From assembly GCA_031835245.2 (NCBI GenBank), contig JAVKOQ020000012.1:248001-312000 (forward strand): a stretch of DNA of 64,000 nucleotides, given 5' to 3'. The first letter of the stretch is position 1. Each line of letters opens with the position of its first letter. The notes under the pieces are model-generated. The model saw nothing but the letters and a program-made list of their open reading frames with translations, was not told the origin of the DNA and ran no database searches. The stretch comes from Balamuthia mandrillaris (lineage: Eukaryota). This document shows, piece after piece, positions 60,793 to 64,000 of this stretch. A program made the translations under genes and the position numbers.

Positions 60793-61841
60793 TGACCCAC
60801 CAAATGAAGGCCCCCGTTTCGTTTTTTTTTTTTTTTTTTCGTTAGCTCGCTCTTCCCTTCCCTTCCCTCCCCACCCCCCTTTTTTTTGTTTATTTTTCGC
60901 ACAAATTAATAATGAATAGACGGGATAAAACAAACACCCAGTCTTCCCTTTTCCCTTATCTTTGGGTGTTTGTTGTCCCCTCTTTTTTTTTTTGCTTTAT
61001 GTTTGTTTGCAACGACCAAACAACAACACAAAACCGTAAAAAAAAAAACCAACCAAAGGATTTTCTTCTAAAATAAAAATAGAGTGGCGAGAAGAAGAGA
61101 AGAGTTGTTGAACTTTTCTCGTCTGTTTTTCTGTCTTGCCCCTCCCCTGTCTTCTTTTCTCTCACTTCCCCTTTTTGTCACGCTTTATTTTTATTTCTTG
61201 GCCGCTCTCGTTCTGTGCGGGAGGGGATCAGCTTATTCCTCTGGCGCGTGTGGAGGGTCGTTGTGTGCGGTGTGGTGGTGGTTGCGCTTTCTGTTTTGCC
61301 CGTTGCCAACAAAAAAAATAAAAATAAAAATAAAAATAAAAATAAAAAATGCAGCAAATTGATCAGTTGTCGTAATCTATCCAAAAAAGAAAGTTGCCGC
61401 TAATTTTCCGAAAGATCGCAAAGTTACCTGGATTTCCCTGCAGTTTCCAGTAAATCTAAGCGACAGCCACCCGTTCTGCCTTGTTTTGGAAGGACTGACG
61501 TCGGATGCAAAACCGAAACACGCTTTCGCTTGCGTAACGCCGGCCACTGTCAAGCAACCAAAAAGGCGAGAAGAGAAAAACGAGATGGGAAGTAAGAAAA
61601 GTGCAAGGAAAAAGCAGATTAAGAGAGCATTGAAAAGGAGAGACCTTGCAAAGCGCATTGGTGGGCGGAATAGTGCTGCTATCGTCCGGGTGGCGGCGAG
61701 ATACCGAGAGAGATGCAGCATGCGAAAAGGTGGGGTTGTAGCCAGCCAAAACGTAATCAAACGCCTGGTTGCCTTCCAGCCCTTTGTCAAATATGCTCCG
61801 TGAATGAGGTGGCGGAAAGAAACGGGAAGCAAGAGGAGGTA

Positions 61842-64000
61842 TCAGGTACCTTCAGGGACAAGAGAAGAGTTAGAACCGGGCGGAGTAGGAGGATTTTTCG
61901 GGAGGAAGTATTCTTCATTGCTCATCGTCTCTTCATCGTTGTTCGACGTTGCGTGGTTCTGGCGAAGACAAGAAAGCGAGGCAGGAGTATGGTCCCCGAA
62001 AAGACCAAACGCCTCCGCGATGTTAAAGCTGAATGGTGAACAATCTTTGTTGATTGGTGCTTGTTGGCTGGCTGACTCTTTCCTAGATGTGCCGTTCTGT
62101 TTTGTCTTTGCGCTTTCTTCATCTGCGCAGCTTTGGGTTGAGTCCTCATCGAGGTCAGTATCTTCATCGAATAATCCGGGTTCGTCTAGATCTTCGCCGA
62201 GTTCCTCTTCATCTTCAAAAAGTCGTTTGCATACCTCGTCCCGCTCTTCTTGGTCATCCATGCGTTCTGTGAGTTGTCCGTTTTCCTCTTGTTCTATTTC
62301 TTTTCTTTCTTCATGTTTTTCTTCCTCTTCTTCCTCTCCGCTCGAAGCCACTTTTACTAGTCGTTCATATCCGTTGCTCTCCAAACGAGCGTCTAACCCA
62401 TCCTCTTGGTCGCCTTGACAAGGAACACGAACAAACTCATTGTCACCCGTTTTTCCTTCCTCACTGGGCATCATCTCGCTACCATTCTGAACGTTATCTA
62501 CAGAGTCGTCAAGGCGTTGCCAAAAATCATCTTCACAGTCTTCCAGAGGCTCTGGAGAGTCTTCAATCAGTGGCTGAGAAGAATATTGCTCTGGGTCTTC
62601 TTTTGGTTGCGGTACATCTTCTGCCTCTTGCTGTTCTCTTTGTTGCTCTTGTTTGTACTCCCCGATAGGAGGCACGATGAGAAGGGGTTCCTCTCGTTGA
62701 GATGAAGAGGCAAGATCCTCCGGTTGAAATGTTTCTGTTTGTACAAAGTTCTTCCTCTTTCGCGTCCACATGAATGGGCTAGATGGTTGAGAGGGATCAC
62801 AACCTTCAACAGCAAGCGATGGTGCACATATTTCTGTAGTAACTGGAATGGTGGCAGTGATGGGACGGTCCGCAAGAGATGTAGTGTTGTTTGTTGGACA
62901 TGCGTCGACCACGTTCGAGGTTGGCAGAGATGAAATGGGAGAAGCAGAAGAGGAGACTGATGTAACTATAGGGGCAACAAAAGAAGAAAGATGAGAAGAG
63001 GGGGAGGAGAAGGAACGAGAAGAAGATGATAATGAAGCAGGCGAAGAGATAGAAGATGAAGGCGAAGAAGAAAACAATGTAGTGGACGGAGCAGAAGGAG
63101 ATGCAGAAATTGCTAAAGGTGAGGAAGGAGAAGAGGGAGGCGACGAAGGTGTGATTTTCGGTGTGGCTTCAGTGGAATCTTTAACCTTATCTCTGGTTGG
63201 AGATGCATACAATTCGAGTTGCAGAAGAGTCTGTTCTTCTTCTTCTGAATGTCCGACTTTACACTCAGTATCAAGAAGGTGGGTTCTAACTGCAAATCGA
63301 TCATTGACTAAGGCTGTTCGTTCTTGGTTTCCAACAGATTTCTTCCCGCTTTCTACCATCACGCTGCAATCCTCTTCAACACATTCGCTGGTGGCGACAT
63401 CGCGGAGTCCTTTTTCCTCTCTTTGCTCTCCGGCTAGCTGGGCTTCTTCTTTCGTGGCTTCGTCTGGTGGACCGATCGTGAGAATGGCCACTCCTTCCCA
63501 GTTCGGTTCAGATTGGTATATCTCTTCTTGCTTGCTTCCTACTTGAGACAGTGTAGAGGGTATAGATAATTCGTTCGGAATGCGTTGATGCTGTCTCAAA
63601 CTTTCATTCTTATCCGCGCAAAATGGAGAACGCTCAGTCAATTGCTGCATTGGGGTGGCGTATTGTGTTTGTTGCTCGTGTTGTTCAGGAGAAGGAAGCA
63701 ACGCAGCGTTGCAAGGGGATGCAGCATAGAGTGAGGGTACAGCCGTTAGCTGCGATTGGGGCTCGTTAATCATAGATGGCCCAGTTTGAGGGGATAGGCC
63801 TGTCAGAGAGTTGCCAAAAGAGAATGCGGGTTCAGGACTAGGGGAGACAACGTTTGCTGTTGCAGCTTCATCAATATCCACCTCGAGCTCGTTCTCAATT
63901 TCCAGATTCATCTCGACATCTTCATCTTTAAACTCGACTTCCTCTTCCATGACTTTGACAATTTCTTCCGCAACCACGTCCGTTTCTTTCCGTACTTTTC
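61842..64000 (-). CDS. Large acidic, Ser-rich low-complexity protein (3' part; continues beyond the window)
   Basis: Open frame of more than 710 codons with no recognisable domain. Confidence 0.7.
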   Translation of the reverse strand, partial: KVRKETDVVAEEIVKVMEEEVEFKDEDVEMNLEIENELEVDIDEAATANVVSPSPEPAFSFGNSLTGLSPQTGPSMINEPQSQLTAVPSLYAASPCNAALLPSPEQHEQQTQYATPMQQLTERSPFCADKNESLRQHQRIPNELSIPSTLSQVGSKQEEIYQSEPNWEGVAILTIGPPDEATKEEAQLAGEQREEKGLRDVATSECVEEDCSVMVESGKKSVGNQERTALVNDRFAVRTHLLDTECKVGHSEEEEQTLLQLELYASPTRDKVKDSTEATPKITPSSPPSSPSSPLAISASPSAPSTTLFSSSPSSSISSPASLSSSSRSFSSPSSHLSSFVAPIVTSVSSSASPISSLPTSNVVDACPTNNTTSLADRPITATIPVTTEICAPSLAVEGCDPSQPSSPFMWTRKRKNFVQTETFQPEDLASSSQREEPLLIVPPIGEYKQEQQREQQEAEDVPQPKEDPEQYSSQPLIEDSPEPLEDCEDDFWQRLDDSVDNVQNGSEMMPSEEGKTGDNEFVRVPCQGDQEDGLDARLESNGYERLVKVASSGEEEEEEKHEERKEIEQEENGQLTERMDDQEERDEVCKRLFEDEEELGEDLDEPGLFDEDTDLDEDSTQSCADEESAKTKQNGTSRKESASQQAPINKDCSPFSFNIAEAFGLFGDHTPASLSCLRQNHATSNNDEETMSNEEYFLPKNPPTPPGSNSSLVPEGT

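Noticed and set aside
61420..61458. U1 snRNA-like TTACCTGG
   Set aside because: No U1 stem-loops or Sm site follow; only a short local hairpin.

Overview
Gene-dense (about 35 genes in 64 kb), intron-rich eukaryotic nuclear DNA. Short spliceosomal introns often carry sense-strand (CT)n microsatellites and A-rich 3' ends. The gene mix (Frizzled/Smoothened-like receptors, BRK1, myotrophin, animal-type heme peroxidase, Zn2Cys6 factor, AP-5 zeta, de novo riboflavin synthesis) suggests a free-living amoebozoan; this is inference. Most genes are housekeeping (RPL32, RPL15, SmD2, SF3A1, TFIIH p44, ISCA2, DPM2-like, SLX9-like). The most notable items are: (1) a single spliced ORF fusing riboflavin synthase to the RibD deaminase/reductase, with clustered bZIP-type motifs upstream; (2) a PH plus heavy-metal-associated (CxxC) domain protein; (3) a 41-nt stem-loop element nearly identical upstream of two strongly diverged tandem membrane-protein paralogs, one of them disrupted; (4) a Cys/His-rich protein fused to a pRiA4b-ORF3-like domain; (5) a secreted peroxidase with DCxGxCxG repeats near a secreted GMC oxidoreductase; (6) a divergent SUMO-like protein; (7) several candidate ncRNAs. 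Gene models were spliced by eye, so exon boundaries and some start codons are approximate. No database searches were run.
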